64,000 nucleotides of DNA from Candidatus Cloacimonadota bacterium (GTDB lineage Bacteria > Cloacimonadota > Cloacimonadia > Cloacimonadales > TCS61), in contig JAGGWK010000037.1 of NCBI GenBank assembly GCA_021157525.1, positions 34,867 through 98,866 on the forward strand. The letters are read 5' to 3'. Made by a program: the position numbers and the translations under genes. Below the pieces are notes generated by a model. The model was not told the DNA's origin. It ran no database searches and saw only the letters and a list, made by a program, of their open reading frames with translations. The first letter of the stretch is position 1. Each line of letters opens with the position of its first letter. This document shows, piece by piece, positions 29,303 through 39,084 of the stretch.

Positions 29303-30268
29303 CTATATTTCCTGTTTGATAATATGCGATCGTTTTTGGGCTTTTTTCGCCAACTCCTGTTGCAGTCTCTGAGCATATTCCTGGGCTGCATCATAGCCAT
29401 AGATTTTTAGAATATGATTTAGAGCAATTACTTCGATAATCACCGAAACATTTTTCCCGGGGGAAACCGGCAAATAAACTATTGGGATTTTGATGCCTAA
29501 AATATCTACCAGATTACCGGTGAGACCGATGCGTTCGTAATCCATATTGTCAGACCATGGCATCAGCTCCACCTGCACGCCCACACGCTTTTTCTTGCGC
29601 ACAGCCTGGATGCCAAACATCTTCTCCACATCGATCAAACCCACACCCCGTATCTCCATAAAATGGCCGTAATCATTGGAAGGCATCCCTAATACGGTTT
29701 CATCATTGAGACGCAATTTTACCACATCGTCGGTAATCAGACGGTGCCCACGCTCTACCAGATCCAGCGCTGCTTCGCTCTTACCAATCCCGCTCTTACC
29801 GGTAAGCATCACGCCCACACCATACACATCTACCAGAGTTCCATGCATTGATTTTGTCGGAGCAAAGACTTTTTCCAGATACTTACGCAAGGCAAGGTAA
29901 AGCCTGTCTGTAGTAAGGCGGGAACTGAGGATAGCAATGTTCATTTCATCAGCCAGATACTCCATCTGTTTGGGAACGCTGAGGCCTTTGGTAACGATGA
30001 AACAAGGGATGCCATACATCAGGATTTCACGCAGACGATCGTACAGCGCACCGTCATCAAAGGTTTGCATAAAACTGATCTCCGTCTCTCCCAATATCTG
30101 GATGCGCCGATAGGCAAAACGGTCGAAAAAACCTGAGATTACCAAACCCGGACGATTGAGGTACTGGCTGCTGATGGTATTCTTCAGGGTCTTGGGTGTG
30201 GTTACCACCGAAAGAGAAAAGTCCTCTTTCTTCTCTTGATAAAAATCTTTTACAGTAATCTTCTTCAT
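29303..30268 (-). CDS. hprK: HPr kinase/phosphorylase
   Basis: P-loop GKSGIGKSE, LVERGHRLITDD and EIRGVGLIDV are typical of HprK/P. Confidence 0.9.
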   Translation of the reverse strand: MKKITVKDFYQEKKEDFSLSVVTTPKTLKNTISSQYLNRPGLVISGFFDRFAYRRIQILGETEISFMQTFDDGALYDRLREILMYGIPCFIVTKGLSVPKQMEYLADEMNIAILSSRLTTDRLYLALRKYLEKVFAPTKSMHGTLVDVYGVGVMLTGKSGIGKSEAALDLVERGHRLITDDVVKLRLNDETVLGMPSNDYGHFMEIRGVGLIDVEKMFGIQAVRKKKRVGVQVELMPWSDNMDYERIGLTGNLVDILGIKIPIVYLPVSPGKNVSVIIEVIALNHILKIYGYDAAQEYAQRLQQELAKKAQKRSHIIKQEI

Positions 30269-30290
30269 CTTACAGCCTTGTTTATATCGT

Positions 30291-30322
30291 CGTCCGCTCC
30301 CGCATAAAAGCAGGAGCGGACG
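30291..30322 (-). terminator. Hairpin between hpf and hprK (13-bp stem, one mismatch); possible terminator or processing site
   Basis: CGTCCGCTCCCGC (30291-30303) pairs with GCAGGAGCGGACG (30310-30322). There is no clear U-tract. Confidence 0.4.
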
Positions 30323-30331
30323 CAGTAACCG

Positions 30332-30853
30332 CTATGGTTCAAGCAGTTTATAGTTTTGCTTATCTTTGCGTACCAGCACATTGATTCGATCTGTTGCTAC
30401 GTTCTTAAAAATCAGATAGGATTCTTTAAGTTCATCAAATTTATCCAATGCCTCGTTCACAGTCATCAATTCTGCGATGATACGTTTTGTCTTCACCGTT
30501 TTTCTGAATTCACCTTCAATCTGGTTTGCATAGACGAAATGAGCACTTTCTTTCACGCTTTTCTTGTGATGGTCAGTCCAACGACCTTTCAGCTTCTTTA
30601 TCTGTGTTTCCATGCGATCCAGAGCAGTGTCAATGGCGAGGTACATATCTTTTTCGGAAGCCTCGCTTTTCATATTGTTTCTTGGGATATGCAGGATCAT
30701 CTCCACATTGTTTTGATTGTTATCCAGCGATAAGATGAAATGTACGTTGATGATATGGTCGAAGTACTTTTCTAACCTCGATGTAGCTTCTTCAACATAA
30801 TCACGGATTGCCTTCGTTAGGTCAAAATGGCGTGCTGTAATGGTAATTTGCAT
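30332..30853 (-). CDS. hpf: Ribosome hibernation promoting factor (long form)
   Basis: N-terminal RaiA/HPF S30AE domain (MQITITARHFDLTKAIRDYVE...) plus the C-terminal dimerisation extension. It sits downstream of rpoN, as in many bacteria. Confidence 0.88.
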   Translation of the reverse strand: MQITITARHFDLTKAIRDYVEEATSRLEKYFDHIINVHFILSLDNNQNNVEMILHIPRNNMKSEASEKDMYLAIDTALDRMETQIKKLKGRWTDHHKKSVKESAHFVYANQIEGEFRKTVKTKRIIAELMTVNEALDKFDELKESYLIFKNVATDRINVLVRKDKQNYKLLEP

Positions 30854-31096
30854 AATTTACCCCTTTCTTAATTGTATGCAGCCAAACTGCATGTTGCGTA
30901 GGTCTTGCCTGAGAATCTGACATGACAAGGTGATCGTGCAAGCGGTACGTCCCAAGCTCGCTCCGATGGTAAGGATGGTGGGTTTAATGCACGGAATCTG
31001 TGTCATAAATCACCGCCCGATTAATTTCACATACAGGAAATTGAGTATTCATAATGAATTTCTCACTTTCAATTATTTTTATCTAAACAGAATATT

Positions 31097-32488
31097 CTAA
31101 ATCTTGTGAACCGCAAGATTTTCTGCATCTTCCAGCGCTTCCATCACAGCTTCAGACAGGGTAGGATGCGCGAAAATCACCTGCTTCACATCGGCCAGAG
31201 TGGCGTGGGTATCTACCAGGATGGCACCTTGGGCAATGAGCTCTGTAGCCTGCGGCCCGATGATATGCATCCCGACAATTATGCCGTTTGCTTCGTTTAC
31301 CACCACCTTCACAAAGCCAAAGGTATCTCCGGAACCCAGAGCTTTTCCGTTGGCGCTGAAGGGGAATTTTCCCACTGCAATGTGTTCATAAACTTCTTTT
31401 GCCTGAGCTTCACTCAAGCCCACCGATGCTATTTCAGGATGGGCGAAGGTGCAACGAGGTATCGATGAATAGTCAAGTTTCAGGATGGTGTGATCTGTAT
31501 CCTTCAGGTTGTTTGCCAGGATGTCTGCAACGATGAGGGCCTGCTTGCTGGCGGTATGGGCCAGCATCATTTTTCCGGTAACGTCGCCGATGGCAAAAAT
31601 TCCCGGTGCAGAGGTGCGCATCTCTTCATCGATAGTGATGAATCCCCGTTGGGTATTCAGGGTGAAGTTGCTACATTGGATATCAAAAAGTGGCGCACGC
31701 CCGACACTCACCAGCACTTTTTCGGTTTCGATAGATTTTCCATCAGTCAATTTTAGTGTGATGCTATCTCCGTTATCCGTATAGGATTCCACTCCGGTTT
31801 TCAAGTGAAGCTTTAAGCCTCCGCGCTTCAGTGCCATGGCCAGACGTTTGGTGATCTCTACATCCTCGGTGGATATCAGGGTGGGTAAAAACTCAACGAT
31901 CTCCACATGTACACCCAGAGCATGATAGATGGAGGCAAACTCGCATCCAATGACACCGCCACCTACAACAACCATATGTTTTGGTAAAGACTGCATATTC
32001 AAAAGGCTGCGGGATGACAGAATTTTCTCGCCGTCGAAGGGCATAAAGGGAAGGGCTTTGGGTACAGAACCTGTTGCTATGATGATATTCTTGCAGATGA
32101 CAGTAGTCTTTTCACCATGGAGGATATAGCCGTCTTTGGTTTTTTCGATAGAAACCACACCCTCATTACATAATGGGATTTTCCGCTTTTTATAGATAAA
32201 CTCTACGCCGGAGACCAGTTTTTCCACAACAGCATTTTTCCGCTGCCACACCTTATCATAGTGTACCGCAGAAGAATCTACCGAAAGCCCGAAAGAATCT
32301 GCATTTTTGATTTCACGATACAGATCGGCAACTTTTACCAGGGATTTGGTAGGGATGCATCCACGATTGAGGCACACGCCTCCTAAACGTTCTTTTTCAA
32401 ATACGATAGTTGATATGCCGTACTGTTGTAAGCGGATTCCGGCTACATAGCCGCCGGGGCCGCCACCAATAATTGCTACTTCATACAT
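31097..32488 (-). CDS. lpdA: Dihydrolipoyl dehydrogenase
   Basis: FAD-binding IIGGGPGGY, redox disulfide GGVCLNRGCIPTK, and C-terminal HAHPTLSE. The ATG at 32488-32486 shares one nt with the rpoN TGA (TGATG). The track's start at 32491 is a TTG. Confidence 0.92.
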   Translation of the reverse strand: MYEVAIIGGGPGGYVAGIRLQQYGISTIVFEKERLGGVCLNRGCIPTKSLVKVADLYREIKNADSFGLSVDSSAVHYDKVWQRKNAVVEKLVSGVEFIYKKRKIPLCNEGVVSIEKTKDGYILHGEKTTVICKNIIIATGSVPKALPFMPFDGEKILSSRSLLNMQSLPKHMVVVGGGVIGCEFASIYHALGVHVEIVEFLPTLISTEDVEITKRLAMALKRGGLKLHLKTGVESYTDNGDSITLKLTDGKSIETEKVLVSVGRAPLFDIQCSNFTLNTQRGFITIDEEMRTSAPGIFAIGDVTGKMMLAHTASKQALIVADILANNLKDTDHTILKLDYSSIPRCTFAHPEIASVGLSEAQAKEVYEHIAVGKFPFSANGKALGSGDTFGFVKVVVNEANGIIVGMHIIGPQATELIAQGAILVDTHATLADVKQVIFAHPTLSEAVMEALEDAENLAVHKI

Positions 32489-33960
32489 CAATCCGTTCTC
32501 CTTAAATGACTATTTAATATGCCCTTGCCTTTGCGGTATTTTGCCACAACCCGCCGTGATACATGAATACCATCATCCAGAAGTTTGTTGGCAATATCCT
32601 GATCGCTCAAAGGCGCTGCAGGGTCTTCTCCATCTATCATTCGGGAAATAAGTGTTTCCACATTATGTCGTGATACGGCGTTGAAATTGTCATCCTTTCC
32701 CGCTTTAGATGTAAAGAAATCCTTTAATCGCAAAATGCCAAAAGGGGTGTCGGCATATTTACTGCGAACTACCCGAGATATGGTCGATTCATTTACCTGC
32801 AACTCTTCGGCGATCACCGAGTAGGTGAGAGGTTTCAGAACCCCGTTTTCGTTGTAAAAAAAGTCTGCCTGATTGCGGATTATGGCATTGACGACACGCT
32901 CTAATGTGCGTCCCCGTAGATAGATAGATTTGATGAGAAACTTGGCGGAATTTATCTTGTTACGTACATAATCCACTGCTTCCCGATCACCTTTCATGGT
33001 TTTTAAAATGTTTTTATATCGCCGGCTCATGCGAATTTTGGGAAAGGAGAAATCATTGATGATAATCTCATATTCCTTGCCGATACGCTTGATAATGACA
33101 TCCGGAACAATATAGGAAGAGGGGTTGTTACGAACCCGCAATCCCGGTTTGGGATCCAGATAAGAAATACGCTCCCGCCACGCAAGTACGGTATTTACGG
33201 TTACACTATATTTAGATGCAATTCGCTTAAATCGCTTATGGATAAGATCATCAAAGTCATGCTTTATGATGCTGTAAATGGGGGAGACGCGCTCGGAAGG
33301 TTCCAATTGCGCAAGCAGACACTCCACCATAGTCCGGGCGGTGATACCACAGGGATCCAGATGCAAAATCCTTTTATGGATTTCCATTGCTCGCTCATAT
33401 GTGAGCTCATATTCCAGAGCCATCCCGGTAAAGTCAAAATCTTCGGGAAGAAAACCATATTCATTGGTGGAATCTATAAGGTCATAGGCAAAATCATATT
33501 CATTTTCCGAGAGATCTAAATGATCCAGTTGTCCAAAAAATTCGCGGAATTTATCGTCCTTCTGCTTAAGCAATTGATCGAAACTCGTCCGATCACCTGA
33601 AGATATCTTATAAGACATGTCATCAGACATCTCATTAAAGGAATCCAACACTTCGCTCAGCTTTTCGCTCTCTTCCAGCGTACGCTTGAGCTCTTCGTCT
33701 TCAGATGCCTCCTTGGCCAGCTCCTCTTTGATCCGCTCCGCTTCCCGCTGCTGTTCTTTTGTGATATCCTGTTCATCCTCCTCATCCTCATTACGCTGTT
33801 CCAAGAGCTCCAGCATAGGATTGGTGATGAGCTCCTGTTTCAGGTGGGTTTCCAGCTGCATTATGGGCATTGCCAACATTTCCAGAGATTGAAGCATCTT
33901 CGGCTTTAACAGGAGATTCTGGGATAAACGATGTTCCATGGTTTGTCTAAAATCAGCCAT
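32488..33960 (-). CDS. rpoN: RNA polymerase sigma-54 factor
   Basis: Gln/acid-rich region I, core-binding region, HTH, and an RpoN-box-like segment HVSRRVVAKYR near the C-terminus. Confidence 0.9.
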   Translation of the reverse strand: MADFRQTMEHRLSQNLLLKPKMLQSLEMLAMPIMQLETHLKQELITNPMLELLEQRNEDEEDEQDITKEQQREAERIKEELAKEASEDEELKRTLEESEKLSEVLDSFNEMSDDMSYKISSGDRTSFDQLLKQKDDKFREFFGQLDHLDLSENEYDFAYDLIDSTNEYGFLPEDFDFTGMALEYELTYERAMEIHKRILHLDPCGITARTMVECLLAQLEPSERVSPIYSIIKHDFDDLIHKRFKRIASKYSVTVNTVLAWRERISYLDPKPGLRVRNNPSSYIVPDVIIKRIGKEYEIIINDFSFPKIRMSRRYKNILKTMKGDREAVDYVRNKINSAKFLIKSIYLRGRTLERVVNAIIRNQADFFYNENGVLKPLTYSVIAEELQVNESTISRVVRSKYADTPFGILRLKDFFTSKAGKDDNFNAVSRHNVETLISRMIDGEDPAAPLSDQDIANKLLDDGIHVSRRVVAKYRKGKGILNSHLRRTD

Positions 33961-33994
33961 GATTTACTCGCACAATAGTATTTCCATACATCTT

Positions 33995-34738
33995 TTACTG
34001 TTCTTCATTTCCAAAGGGATTGATAAACCGTTCACCTAAGTAAACCTCTTTGGCCCGTTCGTCGTTCACCAGTTCCCGAGAGGTTCCCGAAAATAAAATC
34101 GATCCATTATAGATAATATACGCCCGGCTCACAATTTTGAGGGTTTCCTGCACATTGTGATCGGTTATCAGGATGCCGATATTGCGCTCTTTCAGCTTTC
34201 CTATGATGTCCTGAATATCGGCGACTGCCATGGGATCTACGCCGGCAAAGGGCTCATCCATCAATAAAAAAGATGGTGATGTAACCAGAGAACGAGTGAT
34301 CTCCAGCTTTCTGCGTTCGCCACCTGAGAGGGTGTAGGCCTTTTGCTTGGCCAATTTGGTAAGATCAAGCTCTTGCAAGGCTGCATCCAGACGAGATTTC
34401 CGTTCTTGTTTTGAAATCTTCAACGTCTCCAAAATAGCCATGATATTTTGCTCCACCGTGAGCTTGTGAAATATCGATGGTTCCTGGGCCAGATACCCGA
34501 TGCCCAGCTGAGCCCGTTTATACATGGGCAACCGCACGATGTCGGTGTCGTTAAACAACACCCGCCCGCTGTTGGCTTTTATCAAACCAAGAATCATGTA
34601 AAAGGTCGTCGATTTCCCAGCGCCGTTGGGGCCAAGGATGCCGACTATCTCACCTTGATTTATGGTTATGCTCACGTCACTCACGACCTTTCGCCTGCCG
34701 TAAATCTTCACCAGATTTTGCGTTTCTATCTTATTCAT
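33995..34738 (-). CDS. lptB: LPS export ABC transporter ATP-binding protein
   Basis: Walker A GPNGAGKST, signature LSGGERRKLEI, Walker B LLMDEPFAGVD. The N-terminus MNKIETQNLVKIYGRRKVV fits LptB. The start choice is uncertain (34762 or 34789 are possible). Confidence 0.88.
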   Translation of the reverse strand: MNKIETQNLVKIYGRRKVVSDVSITINQGEIVGILGPNGAGKSTTFYMILGLIKANSGRVLFNDTDIVRLPMYKRAQLGIGYLAQEPSIFHKLTVEQNIMAILETLKISKQERKSRLDAALQELDLTKLAKQKAYTLSGGERRKLEITRSLVTSPSFLLMDEPFAGVDPMAVADIQDIIGKLKERNIGILITDHNVQETLKIVSRAYIIYNGSILFSGTSRELVNDERAKEVYLGERFINPFGNEEQ

Positions 34739-34822
34739 ACAGGAGTGATTTTGCGTTACCATTTGTTTCGGTGTCAAGTCTTTGTTCATCGGCTGCCGCA
34801 GGTTGGAATAAATAATGCGTTT

Positions 34823-35896
34823 TTAATCGTTGATAAATCGATACTTACCCGTGGTTCTCGTCTTGAGAGAAATTTCTGAAATATCCTGATCATCATTGAA
34901 GAGGATGTGAAGCCATTCTCCCTGAGAGTGATTCCATCCATAGTCCTGGTGGGCCGATTGCTCCTGAATCACCATGGCATTCACGCCGCCTTCGGCATAG
35001 CTCTCAATGATAGCATCATCGATAAAATTGAAAATCATCCGATCGGCCAGAATCCAGTTTGTCTTGGCTTCACCCGGCTTTGCACGGAAATCTACCCGGC
35101 AGGAATCGATAAACTCCGCCTGGCGCAGACGCTGTTTTTGAAAAAAGATATGAAACTCTTTGGCCAGGCCGTCGCCAAAAGAAGAGTAAAATCGGGGTTG
35201 TCCTTTGAATATGGCTTTTTCTTCATTGCTGAAATAAATCAAAAAGTCGCTGGTAATGCGATTTTCCGATGATGTGACGTCCACATTAAAGGTTGCGACG
35301 ATTTTCTGATAATCGTCAAAATACTCGATTTTTTGGGCTGCGATAGCGAGGGTGTCACTCTGGATTTTTTGAACTATAGGGTCACGCATCATGTAGCCAT
35401 ATCCGGTACCGAGATTGTAGGTAAGGTAGCCGCAGGTGGCTGTAATGTTCTCCCGTTCATCCCAGGTGTGCACCTCATCAATGGCCGTAAAATCTCTGGT
35501 TTTGCGAAAATACTCCACCCGCCGGGCAGTGAATGTTCGTTTGGTTCCATCCTGATGGGTCTCGGTAACATACACCGAATCCTGCAGGAAAAGCTGCTCG
35601 GAAATGTTGTAATATGCCACTTTCGTGGCTTCCATCCGCAAAGTGTCTTCCAATACCACCACACGACCTTTCAGGTTCGCCAATTCCTGCTTTTCATACA
35701 GGGTGGCAAAATCCGAGAAAAATTCGGTGTCTCCATAAAAGAAATGTACATTCCCCACCAAATCCGAGATATGCTCGCCCCGCACCGTACGTACCACCAG
35801 ACGATCCGCATGAATCAAGTGATAGGGCCGAGGTGCTTCGCACCATCCAGCCAGAAGACCAAAAAGGATCAGGCTACCAAGTAAAATCTTCTTCAT
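34823..35896 (-). CDS. OstA/LptA-like periplasmic protein (357 aa, longer than canonical LptA)
   Basis: Signal peptide. The N-terminal pattern ADRLVVRTVRGEHISDLVGNVHFFYGDTEFFSDFATLY resembles the OstA_N beta-jellyroll. It sits between lptC and lptB. Confidence 0.5.
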   Translation of the reverse strand: MKKILLGSLILFGLLAGWCEAPRPYHLIHADRLVVRTVRGEHISDLVGNVHFFYGDTEFFSDFATLYEKQELANLKGRVVVLEDTLRMEATKVAYYNISEQLFLQDSVYVTETHQDGTKRTFTARRVEYFRKTRDFTAIDEVHTWDERENITATCGYLTYNLGTGYGYMMRDPIVQKIQSDTLAIAAQKIEYFDDYQKIVATFNVDVTSSENRITSDFLIYFSNEEKAIFKGQPRFYSSFGDGLAKEFHIFFQKQRLRQAEFIDSCRVDFRAKPGEAKTNWILADRMIFNFIDDAIIESYAEGGVNAMVIQEQSAHQDYGWNHSQGEWLHILFNDDQDISEISLKTRTTGKYRFIND

Positions 35897-36428
35897 TTAC
35901 GGTTCCTTTGGCAGAGACATCGACTATTTCGATGCGATCCAGCCGGATGTCAGTTTGCAGTTCGTTGCCATAAAGGGTGTTTTCTCCCCGGATGAGAACG
36001 ATATTTCCCTTGGCCTTCATTTCGTCAGTATTGCGATCCCAGCGGGCATAATCGGCCTTCATCACGCCATTGTCGCTATCTACACGAACATGGCCTTTGC
36101 CGATGATCAGGTTATTTTTCTCATCCATCCGGGCAGAATCCGCTACCAAGGTAGATTTCAGGCTGCCATCTGGATTGTAAGATTTTATATACACCGAGTC
36201 TGCCAGTGTGAGGTGGGTTTTTTCCCAGCGCAGCACCTTAGCGGCCCACAATTCAAAATCCACCGTGTTCAGATTCCACTGGGTTATCTGCACGTTTTCG
36301 CTGATCTCGTCAGGGCTTTTCTGAGTCAACGAAGTATGTATTGCCTCGTCGGGCTCCTGGGTGCTGCATCCAGGCAGGATGCATACCACCACCAGGCTAG
36401 CGAGTAGCCAAACGCGCCAGAAACGCAT
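35874..36428 (-). CDS. lptC: LptC-like lipoprotein / periplasmic LPS export protein
   Basis: Lipobox ILPGCS. Beta-jellyroll-like repeats (GKGHVRVDSDNGVMKADYARWDRNTDEMKAKGNIVLIRGEN). Synteny is kdsC-lptC-lptA-lptB. Confidence 0.6.
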   Translation of the reverse strand: MRFWRVWLLASLVVVCILPGCSTQEPDEAIHTSLTQKSPDEISENVQITQWNLNTVDFELWAAKVLRWEKTHLTLADSVYIKSYNPDGSLKSTLVADSARMDEKNNLIIGKGHVRVDSDNGVMKADYARWDRNTDEMKAKGNIVLIRGENTLYGNELQTDIRLDRIEIVDVSAKGTVNEEDFTW

Positions 36429-36924
36429 CGATCACCTCGCTGAATCGGCCCTGTTCTTGCAGGATAAATTCGATCAATTCACGCACCGCACCATCACCAC
36501 CGCGACGGGTTGCAATAAAATCCGCTTCTTCCTGAATACGGGGAAAAACATTGCTGGGAACGGCTGCCCAAGCCACTTTGCGCATTACCGGGATGTCGTT
36601 CCAGTCATCCCCCATATAGGCTACCTGATGCCAATCCAGATGCAGCTGATCCAGCAGCATCTGAGCCTGTTTTACCTTGTTCTTGATATTTTGGTACAGA
36701 TGCGTAATCCCCAGATCGTCGCACCGTTGCTGCAAAATTTCCGAAGATCTTCCGGTGATTATCGCCACTTCAATGCCGGCAGTTTGAGCCAGCTTTATGC
36801 CTAGTCCATCCTTGGCAGAGAACTGCTTGCTCTCTACCCGCTGATTGTTATAAATGATTTTGCCATCGCTAAGTACGCCGTCGCAATCCAGTAAAATAAG
36901 TTTGATATCTTTGCAGGTTTTCAT
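36397..36924 (-). CDS. kdsC: 3-deoxy-D-manno-octulosonate 8-phosphate phosphatase
   Basis: HAD motif I LLDCDGVLSDGKIIY, a later GDDWNDIPV, and KdsC size (175 aa). Confidence 0.88.
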   Translation of the reverse strand: MKTCKDIKLILLDCDGVLSDGKIIYNNQRVESKQFSAKDGLGIKLAQTAGIEVAIITGRSSEILQQRCDDLGITHLYQNIKNKVKQAQMLLDQLHLDWHQVAYMGDDWNDIPVMRKVAWAAVPSNVFPRIQEEADFIATRRGGDGAVRELIEFILQEQGRFSEVIDAFLARLATR

Positions 36925-37733
36925 CGGTTTTCCTTTGCTATTTTATAGTGTAATATACAGTTTTTTAAAAGGGCTTCCATGGAATTCAGAGGCAACATGG
37001 TAGTCGCATCACTCAGGGCTTTGGCTGGGAATGGGTGAGTTTCGACAAACAGTCCATCCACATAGCCGGTAGCCAGAGCTGCCTGGGCCATAGGGCGCGC
37101 CAATTCCGGTGAGCCCCCGGAAGTCTTTCCCAGAGATGGTCGTTGCAGACTGTGAGTGACATCATAAATTACGGGGTAACCAAAATCTGCCATGGTGATG
37201 AAGCTGCGGAAATCCACCACCAGATTGTGATAACCAAAGCTGGTACCGCGGTCTGTGGCAAAAAGCTGCTGGTTACCGGTAGATGCCGCTTTTTTCAGTG
37301 CTGACGCCATATCTTCCGGAGCCATAAACTGACCCTTTTTGATATTTACCATACGTTCGGTTGACGCAGCCTGCACTATCAGCTGGGTTTGGCGACTGAG
37401 AAAGGCAGGTATCTGCAGGATGTCGGCAACTTCCGCCACGGCAGCGACCTCTTTAGTCTCGTGAATATCGGTGAGTATGGGAAGCTGAAATTGCTCTTTG
37501 ATCCTTTGCAAGATGCGCAAACCTGCATCCAATCCGGGTCCCGTAGGACTATCTATGGATGTGCGGTTTGCCTTTGTATAGGATGCCTTAAAAACAAAAG
37601 GTATGTGCAGAGAATCGGTGAGAGCACGCAATTTCTCGGCGATCTCCATCATCACTGCATCGTCCTCTATCACGCAGGGGCCTGCGATAAGGAAAAAATG
37701 CTTACCCTCCGTAAGCTGCTGGTACAATGTCAT
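36921..37733 (-). CDS. kdsA: 2-dehydro-3-deoxyphosphooctonate aldolase (KDO-8-P synthase)
   Basis: FLIAGPCVIED, FKASYTKANRTS and DVTHSLQ blocks. ATG at 37733 follows AGGAGG. Confidence 0.9.
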   Translation of the reverse strand: MTLYQQLTEGKHFFLIAGPCVIEDDAVMMEIAEKLRALTDSLHIPFVFKASYTKANRTSIDSPTGPGLDAGLRILQRIKEQFQLPILTDIHETKEVAAVAEVADILQIPAFLSRQTQLIVQAASTERMVNIKKGQFMAPEDMASALKKAASTGNQQLFATDRGTSFGYHNLVVDFRSFITMADFGYPVIYDVTHSLQRPSLGKTSGGSPELARPMAQAALATGYVDGLFVETHPFPAKALSDATTMLPLNSMEALLKNCILHYKIAKENR

Positions 37734-37949
37734 ACATCCTCCTGATTTGTTAACGACTTCTTGCCGGTGGGGTTTGTGTGTCCAGTTTTTTTGCATTGCA
37801 GATGGCTAAAGAAGTTAGAAGCGGCAGGTTACAAGGATGCATACCGTGAAATCGTGGCAAAGCATTGTGCCACGCTGAGAAGAAATTGGTTTATCGAGGG
37901 GTTTTTGACATTGAAGAATTTCGACTTCTGAAACATCCAGATACAATAA

Positions 37950-38025
37950 TGGTGGCAGGACCCAGACTTGAACTGGGGACACAAGGCTTTTCAGGCCTCT
38001 GCTCTACCGACTGAGCTATCCCGCC
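37950..38025 (-). tRNA. tRNA-Phe (anticodon GAA), CCA encoded
   Basis: Hand-folded 76-nt cloverleaf: GGCGGGA TA GCTC AGTCGGTA GAGC A GAGGC CTGAAAA GCCTT GTGTC CCCAG TTCAAGT CTGGG TCCTGCC A CCA. Confidence 0.93.
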
Positions 38026-38439
38026 ACACACAGGATGCATAAACGAAAAGGAGGTAATTCGTGTCAACAGAAAATCTTTCAGAAAAGATAATTGTTTTGT
38101 GAGTATCATTTTTCCCGTCCTGTCGCCCAGAAGCCCATCATGAACTAACCTCTCGCTTTATGGCTTTTTAGAATGGGGTATAATAATGGCAGTTTTTGAG
38201 CCGGGATCATGATCACTTTGTATATCCAATCTTATGCCATTGTACCTGAAGAATTTCTTACTCATTAACCCATCGGATGCAGCAAGTTCTTACGCAATTC
38301 AGCTATCCTTCCAGTACCAAAAGCGAGAGAATACAGAAGTAACAAAGATATTAGGATGTCAGTTGTCTTTTTCATGTATTTGTACTCCTATAAATATATC
38401 GGGGAACAAATTAGTGGCGCATAAAATGGTTTATTGTGG

Positions 38440-38937
38440 TTATGGCATATCTTCTTTTCTAAGGTTTTTATAGGGCCACGAAAAAGAATGGGAAAGATAT
38501 TTGGGGGATTGTGTAACAATTCTGTTCACAGCCGGTTCATATCGATACAACGGAATAGTGAATTGCAACAAGTGCTTTTCGCTGGGAGTTAATCGAAATT
38601 GAATCATACCAATAGAGCCCAGATATGTGGGATTAAGGTAGTATTTTTCAATGAGTTCAAAGGGATAGGAATCCACAACGTCAGTTATCATGAGAGATGC
38701 AGATACATCGGGATACTCTGAGATAAAGTAGTCTATCTTTTCCCGTTGAGTTGCGGGAGCAATGGTGAATTTTGTATTGAGGGATTGAGACAGAGTGAGG
38801 GACGTTTTGGCCTCAATCCGCTTATAGGCTACGGGAAATGAAGTTATCTGAGATGATGAAAAGAGTGAATCTCCACAAAATATAAGTGTTGGCATCCAGA
38901 GAAAGATCCCAAAAAGAGTTCGCAATCTGGTAGTCAT
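38440..38937 (-). CDS. Hypothetical exported protein (possible lipoprotein)
   Basis: 165-aa ORF with an N-terminal hydrophobic segment ending LIFCGD. I recognise no family. Confidence 0.5.
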   Translation of the reverse strand: MTTRLRTLFGIFLWMPTLIFCGDSLFSSSQITSFPVAYKRIEAKTSLTLSQSLNTKFTIAPATQREKIDYFISEYPDVSASLMITDVVDSYPFELIEKYYLNPTYLGSIGMIQFRLTPSEKHLLQFTIPLYRYEPAVNRIVTQSPKYLSHSFSWPYKNLRKEDMP

Positions 38938-39084
38938 TGCTTATTCTCCATCTAGATCAACAGAAGTGGCTGATTGATTCCGATACGGTTCTGGCGGCGT
39001 CATCGGCAACCCTGCTGCACATGCAAAGAGTTGCCGTAATACCGTATCGAGCAAAAAAGTATGTTGGGTGCTGGTGAGCATGGT

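Noticed and set aside
30854-30900. Search for a sigma-54 (-24 GG / -12 GC) promoter upstream of hpf, given the adjacent rpoN.
   Set aside because: The nearest candidate on the minus strand, TGGCTGCATACAATT, has AT rather than GC at the -12 position, so there is no convincing match.
36365-36383. Inverted pair TGCATCC-aggca-GGATGCA forming a 7-bp hairpin.
   Set aside because: It lies inside the lptC signal-peptide/lipobox coding region and is explained by two adjacent copies of the over-represented heptamer. There is no evidence of a regulatory role.
38265-38375. 36-aa minus-strand ORF (MKKTTDILISLLLLYSLAFGTGRIAELRKNLLHPMG) with AGGAG 9 nt upstream, in the gap after tRNA-Phe.
   Set aside because: It is plausible as a small membrane peptide, but the only support is an ORF plus an RBS-like sequence. 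Without conservation or expression data it is not reported as a feature.
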